From NCBI RefSeq assembly GCF_030406405.1, contig NZ_JAUEPL010000030.1, positions 11,852-35,851 on the forward strand: 24,000 nucleotides of DNA. The letters are read 5' to 3'. The notes beneath the pieces were generated by a model. The model was not told the origin of the DNA. It made no database searches and worked only from the letters and a program-made list of their open reading frames with translations. Origin of the DNA: Streptomyces ficellus. GTDB taxonomy: Bacteria; Actinomycetota; Actinomycetes; Streptomycetales; Streptomycetaceae. Numbering within the stretch: the stretch's first letter is position 1; each line of letters begins with the position of its first letter. The translations under genes and the position numbers were made by a program. This document shows, piece after piece, positions 1 through 8,526 of this stretch.

Positions 1-535
1 CGCCGACCGCCACTGGATTCCGGTCCACCGCTCCTGGCGCCTGAACGAGCGCCACTACGGCGCGCTCCAGGGCAAGGACAAGGCGCAGACGCTCGCCGAG
101 TTCGGCGAGGAGCAGTTCATGCTGTGGCGCCGCTCGTACGACACCCCGCCGCCGGTCCTCGCCGACGACAACGAGTTCTCCCAGGCGGGCGACGCGCGGT
201 ACGCCACGATCCCGCCGGAGCTGCGCCCCCGCACCGAGTGCCTCAAGGACGTCGTCGTCCGCATGCTGCCGTACTGGTACGACGGCATCGTCCCGGACCT
301 GCTCGCCGGCCGCACGGTCCTGGTCGCCGCCCACGGCAACAGCCTCCGCGCGCTGGTCAAGCACCTGGACGGCATCTCGGACGAGGCCATCGCGGGCCTG
401 AACATCCCCACGGGCATCCCGCTGGTCTACGAACTGGACGCCGACTTCAAGCCCCTCACCACGGGCGGCACGTACCTGGACCCCGAGGCGGCGAAGGCTG
501 CCATCGAGGCGGTCAAGAACCAGGGCAAGAAGTAG
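1..535 (+). CDS. gpmA: 2,3-bisphosphoglycerate-dependent phosphoglycerate mutase, 3' part (5' end lies outside the window; first full codon at position 2)
   Basis: The frame is open from the window edge. Translation reads ...[21 protein letters not shown]...[12 protein letters not shown]...[21 protein letters not shown]..., which are dPGM signature stretches. Stop codon at 533-535. Confidence 0.9.
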   Translation, partial: ADRHWIPVHRSWRLNERHYGALQGKDKAQTLAEFGEEQFMLWRRSYDTPPPVLADDNEFSQAGDARYATIPPELRPRTECLKDVVVRMLPYWYDGIVPDLLAGRTVLVAAHGNSLRALVKHLDGISDEAIAGLNIPTGIPLVYELDADFKPLTTGGTYLDPEAAKAAIEAVKNQGKK

Positions 536-554
536 CCCCCTGCTGACGCCGGAA

Positions 555-587
555 GGGCCCCGCCCATGGTGTGGACGGGGCCCTTTT
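555..587. terminator. GC-rich hairpin plus T-run between convergent gpmA and the small Cys-rich ORF
   Basis: gggccccg (555-562) pairs with cggggccc (576-583), followed by tttt (584-587). Confidence 0.6.
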
Positions 588-603
588 GCGTACGGTCCGG
601 CGG

Positions 604-753
604 TCAGCCGCAGCAGCCGCCGCACTGGCACGGCGCGCCCGACTGGCAGCCGCAGCCGCAGCCGGAGCCGCAGCCGCAGGCGCCCAGCACGGGCAGGCGG
701 ACCACTTCGACGGGCACTTCCTGCTGGGGGTGGGTCATGGGGTCGTCGGCCAT
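604..753 (-). CDS. 49-aa cysteine/glycine-rich small protein (MADDPMTHPQQEVPVEVVRLPVLGACGCGSGCGCGCQSGAPCQCGGCCG)
   Basis: ATG at 753 is preceded by GAGGAGG 6 nt upstream (reverse complement of 760-766). Third positions are G/C in all but two codons. TGA stop at 604-606 is followed by the 555-587 hairpin. Same orientation as phoU and 150 nt downstream of it. Confidence 0.55.
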   Translation of the reverse strand: MADDPMTHPQQEVPVEVVRLPVLGACGCGSGCGCGCQSGAPCQCGGCCG

Positions 754-903
754 GGGGTACCTCCTCGAAGGCGTACGTCGCCTGCCCCCATTGGATGCCC
801 ACCCGTCAGGGCGCATCAACGGCGCACGGAAGCCCCCGCCCCCAGGGCTCACGCCCCCAGGAACGGGGCCTCGTCTCACGGCGGCGCCCCGCGATCCCCT
901 GCG

Positions 904-1584
904 TCAGGCGCCCTCGACGGGGGCCTCCGACTGCTGGAGTTCGTCGGCATGCTCGCCCGTGACCAGGTAGACCACGCGCTTGGCCACCGAGACCGCGTGG
1001 TCGGCGAAGCGCTCGTAGTAGCGGCCCAGCAGGGTGACGTCGACGGCCGTCTCGATGCCGTGCTTCCAGCGGTCGTCCATCAGGTGCTGGAAGAGCGTCC
1101 GGTGCAGCCGGTCCATCTCGTCGTCGTCGTGCTCCAGCTGGAGCGCCAGGTCGACGTCCTTGGTGATGATGACCTCCGCCGCCTTGGCCATCAGCCGCTG
1201 TGCCAGCTGCCCCATCTCCAGGATCGTGGCGTGCAGGTCCTGCGGCACCGCCGTGTCCGGGAAGCGCAGCCGGGCCAGCTTCGCGACGTGCTGGGCCAGG
1301 TCGCCGGAGCGCTCCAGGTCCGCGCTCATCCGCAGCGAGGTCACCACGATCCGCAGATCCGTCGCGACGGGCTGCTGGCGCGCCAGCAGGGCTATCGCGC
1401 GGGCCTCCAGGTCGTGCTGGAGGTCGTCGACCTTCTGGTCGGCGGCGATCACGGCCTCCGCCAGCTTCAGATCCGCGTCGAGCATCGCCGTCGTGGCGCG
1501 CCCGATCGCCGACCCGACCAGCCGGGCCATTTCGACCAGGCCCTCGCCGATCGAGTCCAGTTCCTCGTGGTACGCGTCCCGCAT
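904..1584 (-). CDS. phoU: phosphate signalling complex protein PhoU
   Basis: 226 aa with two PhoU repeats (...ARQQPVATDLRIVVTSLRMSADLERSGD... and ...VTLLGRYYERFADHAVSVAKRVVYLVTG...). Divergent from a PhoR/PhoP pair, as in Streptomyces. Confidence 0.9.
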   Translation of the reverse strand: MRDAYHEELDSIGEGLVEMARLVGSAIGRATTAMLDADLKLAEAVIAADQKVDDLQHDLEARAIALLARQQPVATDLRIVVTSLRMSADLERSGDLAQHVAKLARLRFPDTAVPQDLHATILEMGQLAQRLMAKAAEVIITKDVDLALQLEHDDDEMDRLHRTLFQHLMDDRWKHGIETAVDVTLLGRYYERFADHAVSVAKRVVYLVTGEHADELQQSEAPVEGA

Positions 1585-1678
1585 GGATGTCCCTCTCTCA
1601 GTGCGAACCTCAGGGGTCCGGGTGGGCTCGGGCCCCTACGCTCCCACGGTCCGAGTCCAAAAAGTCCGGGGCCTCCCT

Positions 1679-1711
1679 CACAAGTGAACCGTCACTATCC
1701 CCTCGGTGAAC
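1679..1711 (-). promoter_or_regulatory. candidate PHO box (three 11-nt direct-repeat units) in the phoU-phoR divergent promoter region
   Basis: The minus strand reads GTTCACCGAGG GGATAGTGACG GTTCACTTGTG. Two GTTCAC cores lie exactly 22 nt apart, which fits the 11-nt PhoP direct-repeat architecture described for Streptomyces. Confidence 0.5.
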
Positions 1712-1784
1712 TCTGGGCGACGACTGTTCGAGTACGCCCCCGGACGGCTGGGAGAGTGTCAGCGGCCACGCATAACCTGGATGC

Positions 1785-3041
1785 ATGGACGTGAACGCGG
1801 CGGTCGCCGCATTGGCAGCGATCGCCGGGGCGTGCACCGGCGTGATCGCCATGCTGGCGTTCCGCTGGAGCGAGCGCGACCAGGCGAGACCCACCAGGAC
1901 CTCCCTCCACACGGACGCGGTACTGCCGCCCGGCGTGGACACGGTCCTGTCCGTGCTGCGCTCCTCCGCCGTCGTGCTCGACGAGAGCGACTCCGTCGTC
2001 AAGGCCAGCTCCGCGGCGTACGCGCTCGGGCTCGTCCGCGGCGGCAAGCTCGCCGTCGAGCCGATGCTCCAGATGGCCCGCGACACCCGCCGCGACGGCG
2101 AGATACGGCAGGTCGAGCTGGACCTTCCCCGGCGCGGCACCGGCCGCGGCGAAGCGCTCGCCGTCTCCGCCCGCGTCGCCCCCCTCGGCTCCCGCCTCGT
2201 CCTGCTCCTGGTCGAGGACCTCACCGAGGCCCGCCGTATCGAAGCCGTACGGCGCGACTTCGTCGCCAACGTCAGCCATGAGCTCAAGACCCCGGTCGGT
2301 GCGCTGTCCCTGCTGTCCGAGGCGGTCATGGACGCCTCCGACGACCCCGAGGCCGTCATGCGCTTCGCGGGCCGCATGCAGATCGAGGCCACCCGGCTCA
2401 CCAACCTCGTCCAGGAGCTCATCGACCTCTCCCGCGTCCAGAACGACGACCCGCTGGACGACGCCGAGCCCGTACGCGTGGACGAACTGGTCGCCGAGGC
2501 CATCGACCGCTCCCGGCACACCGCCTCCACCAAGCAGATCACCATGGCCGCCGGAGGCACCGCCGACCTGCATGTATGGGGTCACCGCGGCCAGCTCGCC
2601 GCCGCCCTCGGCAACCTCGTCGAGAACGCGGTCAACTACTCCCCGGCCCACACCCGCGTCGGCATCGCCGCCCGCCGGATCACCGCGCCCGGCGGTGGGG
2701 GCACCTCCCAGGCCGAAGGCCGAGGGGGACAGATCGAGATAGCCGTCACCGACCAGGGCATCGGCATCCCCGACAAGGACAAGGAGCGCATCTTCGAGCG
2801 CTTCTACCGCGTCGACCCGGCCCGCTCCCGCGCCACCGGAGGTACGGGACTGGGCCTGGCCATCGTCAAGCATGTGGCCGCCTCGCACGGCGGGGAGGTC
2901 ACGGTGTGGAGCACCGAGGGTCAGGGCTCCACCTTCACCCTCCGGCTTCCCGAGGCCGGCGCCGGACGGGACCGCTCTTCCCGGTCCCACCACGACCACA
3001 CCACCAACGAACCGCTCACCGCCCCGGAGGTCCTTCCGTGA
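1785..3041 (+). CDS. phoR: phosphate-sensing histidine kinase PhoR (SenX3-like)
   Basis: N-terminal TM segment, H-box FVANVSHELKTPVGAL, N-box LGNLVENAVNYS, and G-boxes DQGIGIP and GGTGLGLAIVKH. Its stop overlaps the phoP start (GTGA). Confidence 0.85.
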   Translation: MDVNAAVAALAAIAGACTGVIAMLAFRWSERDQARPTRTSLHTDAVLPPGVDTVLSVLRSSAVVLDESDSVVKASSAAYALGLVRGGKLAVEPMLQMARDTRRDGEIRQVELDLPRRGTGRGEALAVSARVAPLGSRLVLLLVEDLTEARRIEAVRRDFVANVSHELKTPVGALSLLSEAVMDASDDPEAVMRFAGRMQIEATRLTNLVQELIDLSRVQNDDPLDDAEPVRVDELVAEAIDRSRHTASTKQITMAAGGTADLHVWGHRGQLAAALGNLVENAVNYSPAHTRVGIAARRITAPGGGGTSQAEGRGGQIEIAVTDQGIGIPDKDKERIFERFYRVDPARSRATGGTGLGLAIVKHVAASHGGEVTVWSTEGQGSTFTLRLPEAGAGRDRSSRSHHDHTTNEPLTAPEVLP

Positions 3042-3718
3042 CCCGAGTGCTTGTCGTCGAGGATGAGGAATCCTTCAGCGACGCCCTGTCCTACATGCTC
3101 CGCAAGGAAGGCTTCGAGGTCGCCGTCGCGTCCACCGGGCCCGAAGGGCTCGACGAGTTCGAGCGCAATGGCGCCGACCTCGTCCTGCTCGACCTCATGC
3201 TGCCGGGCCTGCCCGGCACCGAGGTCTGCCGTCAGCTGCGCGGCCGTTCGAACGTCCCGGTCATCATGGTGACCGCCAAGGACAGTGAGATCGACAAGGT
3301 CGTCGGGCTGGAGATAGGAGCCGACGACTACGTCACCAAGCCCTTCTCGTCCCGCGAGCTCGTCGCCCGCATCCGCGCGGTGCTGCGCCGCCGCGGCGAG
3401 CCGGAGGAGGTCGCCCCGGCGGCCCTGGAGGCCGGGCCGGTCCGGATGGACGTGGACCGTCATGTCGTCACGGTCGCGGGCGGCAAGGTCGACCTGCCGC
3501 TGAAGGAGTTCGACCTGCTGGAGATGCTGCTGCGCAACGCGGGCCGGGTGCTCACGCGCATGCAACTGATCGACCGCGTCTGGGGCGCGGACTACGTCGG
3601 CGACACCAAGACGCTGGACGTCCACGTCAAGCGCCTGCGCGCCAAGATCGAGCCGGACCCGGGCGCCCCCAGGTACTTGGTCACGGTCCGTGGCCTGGGC
3701 TACAAGTTCGAGCCGTAA
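3038..3718 (+). CDS. phoP: OmpR-family response regulator PhoP (RegX3-like)
   Basis: GTG at 3038 gives MTRVLVVEDEESFSDAL...DLVLLDLMLPG...KPFSSRELVARIRAVLRR plus a winged-helix C-terminus ...LVTVRGLGYKFEP. The longer upstream ORF frame is overlap noise. Confidence 0.88.
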   Translation: MTRVLVVEDEESFSDALSYMLRKEGFEVAVASTGPEGLDEFERNGADLVLLDLMLPGLPGTEVCRQLRGRSNVPVIMVTAKDSEIDKVVGLEIGADDYVTKPFSSRELVARIRAVLRRRGEPEEVAPAALEAGPVRMDVDRHVVTVAGGKVDLPLKEFDLLEMLLRNAGRVLTRMQLIDRVWGADYVGDTKTLDVHVKRLRAKIEPDPGAPRYLVTVRGLGYKFEP

Positions 3719-3743
3719 GCCGCAGCGGCAGACGCTCAGGACC

Positions 3744-3789
3744 TACGGCGAGGGGCGCCCCACCACCTGGTGGGGCGCCCCTCGCCGTA
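3744..3789. terminator. perfect 22-bp inverted repeat between convergent phoP and the lipoprotein gene
   Basis: tacggcgaggggcgccccacca (3744-3765) and tggtggggcgcccctcgccgta (3768-3789) are exact reverse complements. Confidence 0.75.
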
Positions 3790-3802
3790 CGTACGGGGTG
3801 GG

Positions 3803-4489
3803 TCAGTGACCCGCGCCGTGCGACGCCGAGGCCGAGTCCGAAGGGGTGGCGTCCGGCGGGGCGGCGTCCGACGGGCTGGACGACGCCTCGCCGCCGTCCG
3901 CCGGCGCACCCGGGGTGTTGTCGGCCGGGCTGCCGCTCGGGGAGCCGGTGGGCGTGCCGGCCGGCGGCTCGGGCAGGTCGGCGGGGCCGTAGCCCGCGAA
4001 GTAGCTGGTCGCCGGGACGACGAACGCCCTCAGCTTCACGTCACCGGTCTCGCTGAACCGGAAGACGACTTCCTGGGCCTCGCCGGCCTTCACCGCTTCG
4101 CTGCCCTTCTCGATCACGGCGGAGGCGTTGCCCTTGCCGCCGAGGAGCACCGAGCCGTGGGCCGGGACGGTGATGGGGCCGGAGCCGTCCGCGTCGGTCA
4201 GCTTGACCTGGACCTTGGTGCCCGGCAGCTCGATCGTCTCCAGGGTCTCCGCCGTGGAGCCGTCGTTGAAGAGCATCCCCGTCACGACCGCGGGGCCTGC
4301 CGCGTCGGGCTTCGGCTGCGTGATCACCGTGGCGTTCTGGATCTTGATGTCGCCGACCGTGGCGGCGGCGTTGTCCGGCCTGACGCCGAGGGTCTGGGCG
4401 TCGTTGCCCGCACCGCAGGCGGAGAGCGAGGCGATCGAGAACACGATGGCGGTGGCGGCGAGGGCGCCGCGTCGAAGGCTGCGGCTCAC
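3803..4489 (-). CDS. LpqE-like lipoprotein with a Pro/Ser/Ala-rich C-terminal tail
   Basis: Signal peptide with lipobox (...FSIASLSAC|G). Occupies the same position next to carD as lpqE does in mycobacteria. Confidence 0.8.
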   Translation of the reverse strand: MSRSLRRGALAATAIVFSIASLSACGAGNDAQTLGVRPDNAAATVGDIKIQNATVITQPKPDAAGPAVVTGMLFNDGSTAETLETIELPGTKVQVKLTDADGSGPITVPAHGSVLLGGKGNASAVIEKGSEAVKAGEAQEVVFRFSETGDVKLRAFVVPATSYFAGYGPADLPEPPAGTPTGSPSGSPADNTPGAPADGGEASSSPSDAAPPDATPSDSASASHGAGH

Positions 4490-4579
4490 GGCGGCGGCAA
4501 CTCCTAGGACGTACGGACGGGCGGGCGGACGGGCACGGTCTGTGATGACTCTCCGACCGAACCTGACGATCGATCGGCT

Positions 4580-4655
4580 GAGATCAGTGACATCAGTGAG
4601 ATCACGGAGACCACTGAGATCACGGAGATCGCTGAGGATCGGCTGAGGATCAGTC
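4580..4655. repeat. tandem array with ~9-bp period: six 9-mers GAGATCAGT-like plus two 11-mer variants
   Basis: gagatcagt gacatcagt gagatcacg gagaccact gagatcacg gagatcgct gaggatcggct gaggatcagtc, read directly. Intergenic, 91-166 nt upstream of the lipoprotein start. Confidence 0.8.
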
Positions 4656-5196
4656 GGCGCGCTCAGGTTACCGACCCCTCCCGCCCGCCCCGCACCCGGC
4701 CCGCCCCCAGCCCCGTATCGGGGCCGGGGTGCCCGCGCCGGCCGCCCCGCCGATCCCCGTACTTCGTCCCGTGTTCACTCAATCCCTTGATCAATTCCGC
4801 GGCGGCCACGCATTCCTCGCCGAATAGCCCACTCGCTCCCGCACGGTCAACACGCGATCAACACGAGGCCCGCCACCTGATCAATTCGGGAATGTTCCGG
4901 GCATCCGTCCGTACGAGTGACCGGCGTCCGAACGGAGTACGGGAAGTTCATCACATGGAACCCGGCAAATTGGGGCATTCGGCACCTTCTGCCGACCTCC
5001 GGATGCGCGCGACGTGCGCGTTTCTCCCCGCCCGTACAGCCGCTCCGACCTGCGAATACCCCCCTCCGGAAGCCCTCCGCAGCACGTTCCTGTTGCTGTT
5101 GTCAAGCCCCGAGATATGCCCTGACCTGCGAAAACGCCATTCAGAAGAAGCCGTTTCCGTGTTACCCTGGATAGCCACGGAAGGGGTACCTGTCAC

Positions 5197-5679
5197 ATGA
5201 CGTTCAAGGTTGGCGACACCGTGGTCTATCCCCATCACGGGGCCGCGCTGATCGAGGCCATCGAAACTCGCCAGATCAAAGGCGTGGACAAGACCTACTT
5301 GGTGCTCAAGGTCGCCCAGGGCGACTTGACGGTTCGTGTGCCAGCGGACAATGCGGAGTTCGTCGGCGTTCGCGATGTGGTCGGTCAGGACGGACTGGAC
5401 CGGGTCTTCGAGGTACTGCGCGCGCCGTACGCCGAGGAGCCGACGAACTGGTCTCGTCGCTACAAGGCAAATCTCGAGAAGCTCGCCTCCGGCGACGTCA
5501 TCAAGGTCGCCGAAGTGGTGCGTGACCTGTGGCGCCGCGAGCGTGAGCGCGGTCTGTCCGCAGGTGAGAAGCGCATGCTCGCCAAGGCGCGACAGATCCT
5601 GGTCAGCGAGCTCGCGCTCGCGGAGAACACCAACGAAGACAAGGCCGAGGCCCTGCTCGACGAGGTCCTCGCGTCCTGA
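5197..5679 (+). CDS. carD: RNA polymerase-binding transcription factor CarD
   Basis: 160 aa: [25 protein letters not shown]...TYLVLKV...LTVRVP... (RID/Tudor-like N-terminus), followed by the W-containing C-terminal domain. Confidence 0.92.
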   Translation: MTFKVGDTVVYPHHGAALIEAIETRQIKGVDKTYLVLKVAQGDLTVRVPADNAEFVGVRDVVGQDGLDRVFEVLRAPYAEEPTNWSRRYKANLEKLASGDVIKVAEVVRDLWRRERERGLSAGEKRMLAKARQILVSELALAENTNEDKAEALLDEVLAS

Positions 5680-6041
5680 CACGGAGCGCGTAGCCGCTGA
5701 CGTGAAGCGCGAGGCGCTTGATGTGAAGCGATGCCGCGGTGCCCGCTGACATGCTGTGACAGACAGCTTCGTCGCCGGGCGCTGCGGCATGTCCGGACGG
5801 ATTGGGCCATGCCGTTCGGTCGCGTCGCCACGTCGGATGCGTACGTACCGTACGTACGTCCCGTGTGCACGCCCGGCGGCTGCGTCGGCGTGAACCGCTC
5901 AACCAGTGGTCACGGAAGGGTCCGGTCAAGGCGTCACGCCCGGCGTCGCGCGCCCGGCACTGCCCCAAGCTCTGCGAGCACGGGGTACGCCCAGGCCATA
6001 CCCATCTCGGCCGACTCAACAAACCTGCCGGAGTGCAACCG

Positions 6042-6779
6042 ATGTCAGACGCAGCACCCCCCGCCCGCACCGCCGCGGTCATCCCCGCGGCCGGCCGGGG
6101 CGTACGGCTCGGCCCCGGCGCGCCCAAGGCGCTCCGCGCGCTGAACGGCACGCCCATGCTCATCCACGCGGTACGCGCCATGGCCGCCTCCCGCGCGGTC
6201 TCGCTCGTCGTCGTGGTCGCCCCGCCCGAGGGCGCGGCCGAGGTCAAGAACCTCCTCGACGCGCACGCCCTGCCCGAGCGCACCGACTACCTGGTCGTGC
6301 CCGGCGGCGAGACCCGGCAGGAGTCCGTCCGCCTCGGCCTGGACGCGCTGCCCGACGACATCGCCACCGTTCTCGTCCATGACGCGGCCCGCCCGCTCGT
6401 GCCGGTCGACACCGTCGACGCGGTGATCGAGGCGGTACGCGACGGAGCCGTCGCCGTCGTGCCCGCCGTGCCGCTCGCCGACACCGTCAAGCAGGTCGAG
6501 CCGCGCGAGAAGGGCGAGCCCGAGCCGGTCCTCGCCACGCCCGACCGGGCCGCACTCCGCGCCGTACAGACCCCGCAGGGTTTCGCCCGCGACACGCTTC
6601 TCCGCGCACACCGGACGGTCACCGGCAACGTCACCGACGACGCGAGCATGGTCGAGCAGCTCGGCGAGCCGGTCGTGGTCGTGCCCGGGCACGAGGAGGC
6701 GTTCAAGGTGACGCGGCCGCTCGATCTCGTCCTGGCCGAGGCGGTCCTCGCCCGCAGGAGGGTCACCGATGGCTTCTGA
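6042..6779 (+). CDS. ispD: 2-C-methyl-D-erythritol 4-phosphate cytidylyltransferase
   Basis: ATG at 6042 has ggag 9-10 nt upstream. Translation reads ...[14 protein letters not shown]...[17 protein letters not shown]... Ends by overlapping ispF. The ORF is open further upstream to 5802, but that stretch is not protein-like. Confidence 0.85.
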   Translation: MSDAAPPARTAAVIPAAGRGVRLGPGAPKALRALNGTPMLIHAVRAMAASRAVSLVVVVAPPEGAAEVKNLLDAHALPERTDYLVVPGGETRQESVRLGLDALPDDIATVLVHDAARPLVPVDTVDAVIEAVRDGAVAVVPAVPLADTVKQVEPREKGEPEPVLATPDRAALRAVQTPQGFARDTLLRAHRTVTGNVTDDASMVEQLGEPVVVVPGHEEAFKVTRPLDLVLAEAVLARRRVTDGF

Positions 6780-7272
6780 CGCCGTGAACATCCCCCTGGT
6801 CGGGATCGGCACCGACGTCCACGCCTTCGAGAAGGGCCGCGAACTGTGGTGCGCGGGCCTGCTCTGGGACGACGCCGACGGCTACGGCCTGGCCGGGCAC
6901 TCCGACGGCGACGTCGCCGCCCACGCCGCCTGCGACGCGCTGTTCTCCGCCGCGGGTGTCGGGGACCTCGGCGCGCACTTCGGGACCTCACGCCCCGAGT
7001 GGTCCGGCGCGTCCGGTGTCACGCTGCTCGCCGAGGCCGCCCGGATCGTACGGGCCGAGGGCTTCGAGATCGGCAACATCGCGGTGCAGGTCATCGGCGT
7101 ACGCCCGAAGATCGGCAAGCGGCGCGACGAGGCGCAGAAGGCGCTCAGCGCGGCGGCCGGCGCGCCCGTGTCCGTGTCGGGGACGACGACGGACGGGCTC
7201 GGGCTGACCGGCCGGGCCGAGGGGCTGGCCGCGATCGCCACCGCCCTCCTCGTACGCACCGGCACCACCTGA
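6769..7272 (+). CDS. ispF: 2-C-methyl-D-erythritol 2,4-cyclodiphosphate synthase
   Basis: [11 protein letters not shown]...[21 protein letters not shown]...: the IspF metal-binding D/H motifs. Overlaps ispD by 11 nt. Confidence 0.9.
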   Translation: MASDAVNIPLVGIGTDVHAFEKGRELWCAGLLWDDADGYGLAGHSDGDVAAHAACDALFSAAGVGDLGAHFGTSRPEWSGASGVTLLAEAARIVRAEGFEIGNIAVQVIGVRPKIGKRRDEAQKALSAAAGAPVSVSGTTTDGLGLTGRAEGLAAIATALLVRTGTT

Positions 7273-7372
7273 CGCCACCACCAGCACGACGACCACCACC
7301 TGGCTCCTTATTGCGCACAGGTCGCATTTACGCTGGTGTGACGGAAGAGGTGCGGATGAGGGAGGAAGGCCC

Positions 7373-7942
7373 ATGTCGGCGGTCGCGGCCGGGTACGAGA
7401 TGCGCACGGCAGGGCCCGGGGACGTGGGCGGGGCGCGAGCGGTGATGCTCGACACCGTCTACGGCGACCTCGCCTCCGGCTACGTACCGCACTGGCACGC
7501 CGACATCATCGACCTCGACGGCGCCTACCTGCGCCCCGGGCGGTGCACGCTGCTGGTCGTCGAGCACCTGGCGACCGGGCGGATCGTCGCCACCGGCGCC
7601 GTACGGGACCGGGGACCCGCCGCGCCGCCCAATCCGCCCGAGGTCGCCGCCCGCTACCCGTCCGGGACCACCGCCCAGCTGTGCCGTCTCTACGTCCGCG
7701 CCGAGCACCGCCGCCACGGGCTGGCCCGGGCCCTCGTGCGCGAGCTGTGCGACTTCGTCGCCCGCACCGGCGGCTACCAGGCGCTCTACCTGCACACCGA
7801 CCCCGCCGTGCCGGGCGCGGAGCCCTTCTGGCGGTCACTGGCCCGCGAGGTGTGCGACGAGCGGGAGCTGCCCGGTGGCGGACAGGGCATCATCCACTTC
7901 GAACTGCCGCTGCCCGCCCCCGCCCCCACCCCCGCCCGCTGA
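7373..7942 (+). CDS. GNAT-family N-acetyltransferase
   Basis: Acetyl-CoA motif A: LCRLYVRAEHRRHGLARALVREL. gggagg Shine-Dalgarno upstream of the ATG. Confidence 0.75.
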   Translation: MSAVAAGYEMRTAGPGDVGGARAVMLDTVYGDLASGYVPHWHADIIDLDGAYLRPGRCTLLVVEHLATGRIVATGAVRDRGPAAPPNPPEVAARYPSGTTAQLCRLYVRAEHRRHGLARALVRELCDFVARTGGYQALYLHTDPAVPGAEPFWRSLAREVCDERELPGGGQGIIHFELPLPAPAPTPAR

Positions 7943-8032
7943 CCGGCGGCCCTCTGCTCCGTACGCGCGAACCCGCGGCCGGATCGGGGCTCCGGGCGTT
8001 TCGGGCAGGAAGCATCGAGTACGTGTCACCAG

Positions 8033-8070
8033 AGCCGTCCGCAGCCGTGCAGCCGTCCGCAGCCGTCCGG
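8033..8070. repeat. short tandem repeat AGCCGTCCGC (three full units and one shortened unit) upstream of the PPOX-type gene
   Basis: agccgtccgc agccgtgc agccgtccgc agccgtccgg, read directly. Confidence 0.7.
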
Positions 8071-8110
8071 AGGCGCCCCCCGAGGCCGACGACGCGAGAG
8101 AGAGGCCCCC

Positions 8111-8515
8111 ATGCCCGCCGTACTCAGCGAACACCTCAAGGCGCTGCTCGACAGCGCCGTCTTCGTCAGCATCGCCACCATCCAGCCCGACGGCCACCCC
8201 CAGGTCTCCCCGGTCTGGGTCAAACGCGACGGTGACGAGGTGCTGATCTCGACCACCGTCGGCCGGCGCAAGGAGCGGAACCTGCGCGACGACCCGCGGG
8301 TGACCGTCCTCCTCCAGCCCTTCGACGCCCCGTACACCTACGCCGAGATCCGCGGCACCGCCCAGCTCACCACCGAGGGCGGGGACGAACTCATCGACGA
8401 GCTGTCGCTCAAATACACCGGCAAGAAGTACGCCGAGTTCAACCCGTCCTCGCGCGAGGACGGGCAGCGCGTCGTCGTCCGCGTCACCCCGCACAAGATC
8501 GTCGGAAACATCTGA
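8111..8515 (+). CDS. pyridoxamine 5'-phosphate oxidase-family (PPOX class, probably F420-dependent) protein
   Basis: 134 aa: ...VFVSIATIQPDGHPQVSPVWV...ISTTVGRRKERNLRDDPRV...AEIRG..., the typical split-barrel PPOX pattern. Confidence 0.7.
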   Translation: MPAVLSEHLKALLDSAVFVSIATIQPDGHPQVSPVWVKRDGDEVLISTTVGRRKERNLRDDPRVTVLLQPFDAPYTYAEIRGTAQLTTEGGDELIDELSLKYTGKKYAEFNPSSREDGQRVVVRVTPHKIVGNI

Positions 8516-8526
8516 ACCGCTCGGCC

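Noticed and set aside
604-753. A complete linear azole peptide or thiopeptide biosynthetic locus around the Cys-rich ORF
   Set aside because: The neighbours are gpmA and phoU. No YcaO/cyclodehydratase, dehydrogenase, radical-SAM enzyme or transporter gene lies within the window, so only the peptide itself is reported.
566-970. Plus-strand reading of the GCAGCC repeat as a PQPQPEPQPQ protein
   Set aside because: There is no ribosome-binding site or sensible start, and the ORF runs into the phoU antisense strand. The minus-strand reading has SD, ATG, stop and terminator in the right places.
571-1794. 407-aa plus-strand ORF covering the Cys-rich ORF, phoU and the promoter region
   Set aside because: It runs antisense to a clearly recognisable phoU. 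The translation is Ala/Arg/Gly/Val-rich noise typical of off-frame or antisense reading in high-GC DNA.
1695-2999. 434-aa minus-strand ORF opposite phoR
   Set aside because: It is an antisense shadow ORF. phoR on the plus strand has all the kinase motifs, and this translation has none.
4580-4655. Possible CRISPR array (also considered for 21833-21905 and 12792-12843)
   Set aside because: The repeat units are only 6-11 nt with no unique spacers of CRISPR size, and no cas genes are present. These are simple tandem microrepeats.
4771-4955. Isolated GTTCAC(T)/GTTCAT words upstream of carD as PHO boxes
   Set aside because: These are single 11-nt units without an adjacent second repeat in phase. 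PhoP binding needs at least two direct-repeat units.
5802-6041. 80-codon N-terminal extension of ispD
   Set aside because: The extension is Arg/His/Val-rich with poor codon style and no similarity to IspD N-termini. ATG 6042 has a GGAG site and begins right before the conserved nucleotide-binding loop.
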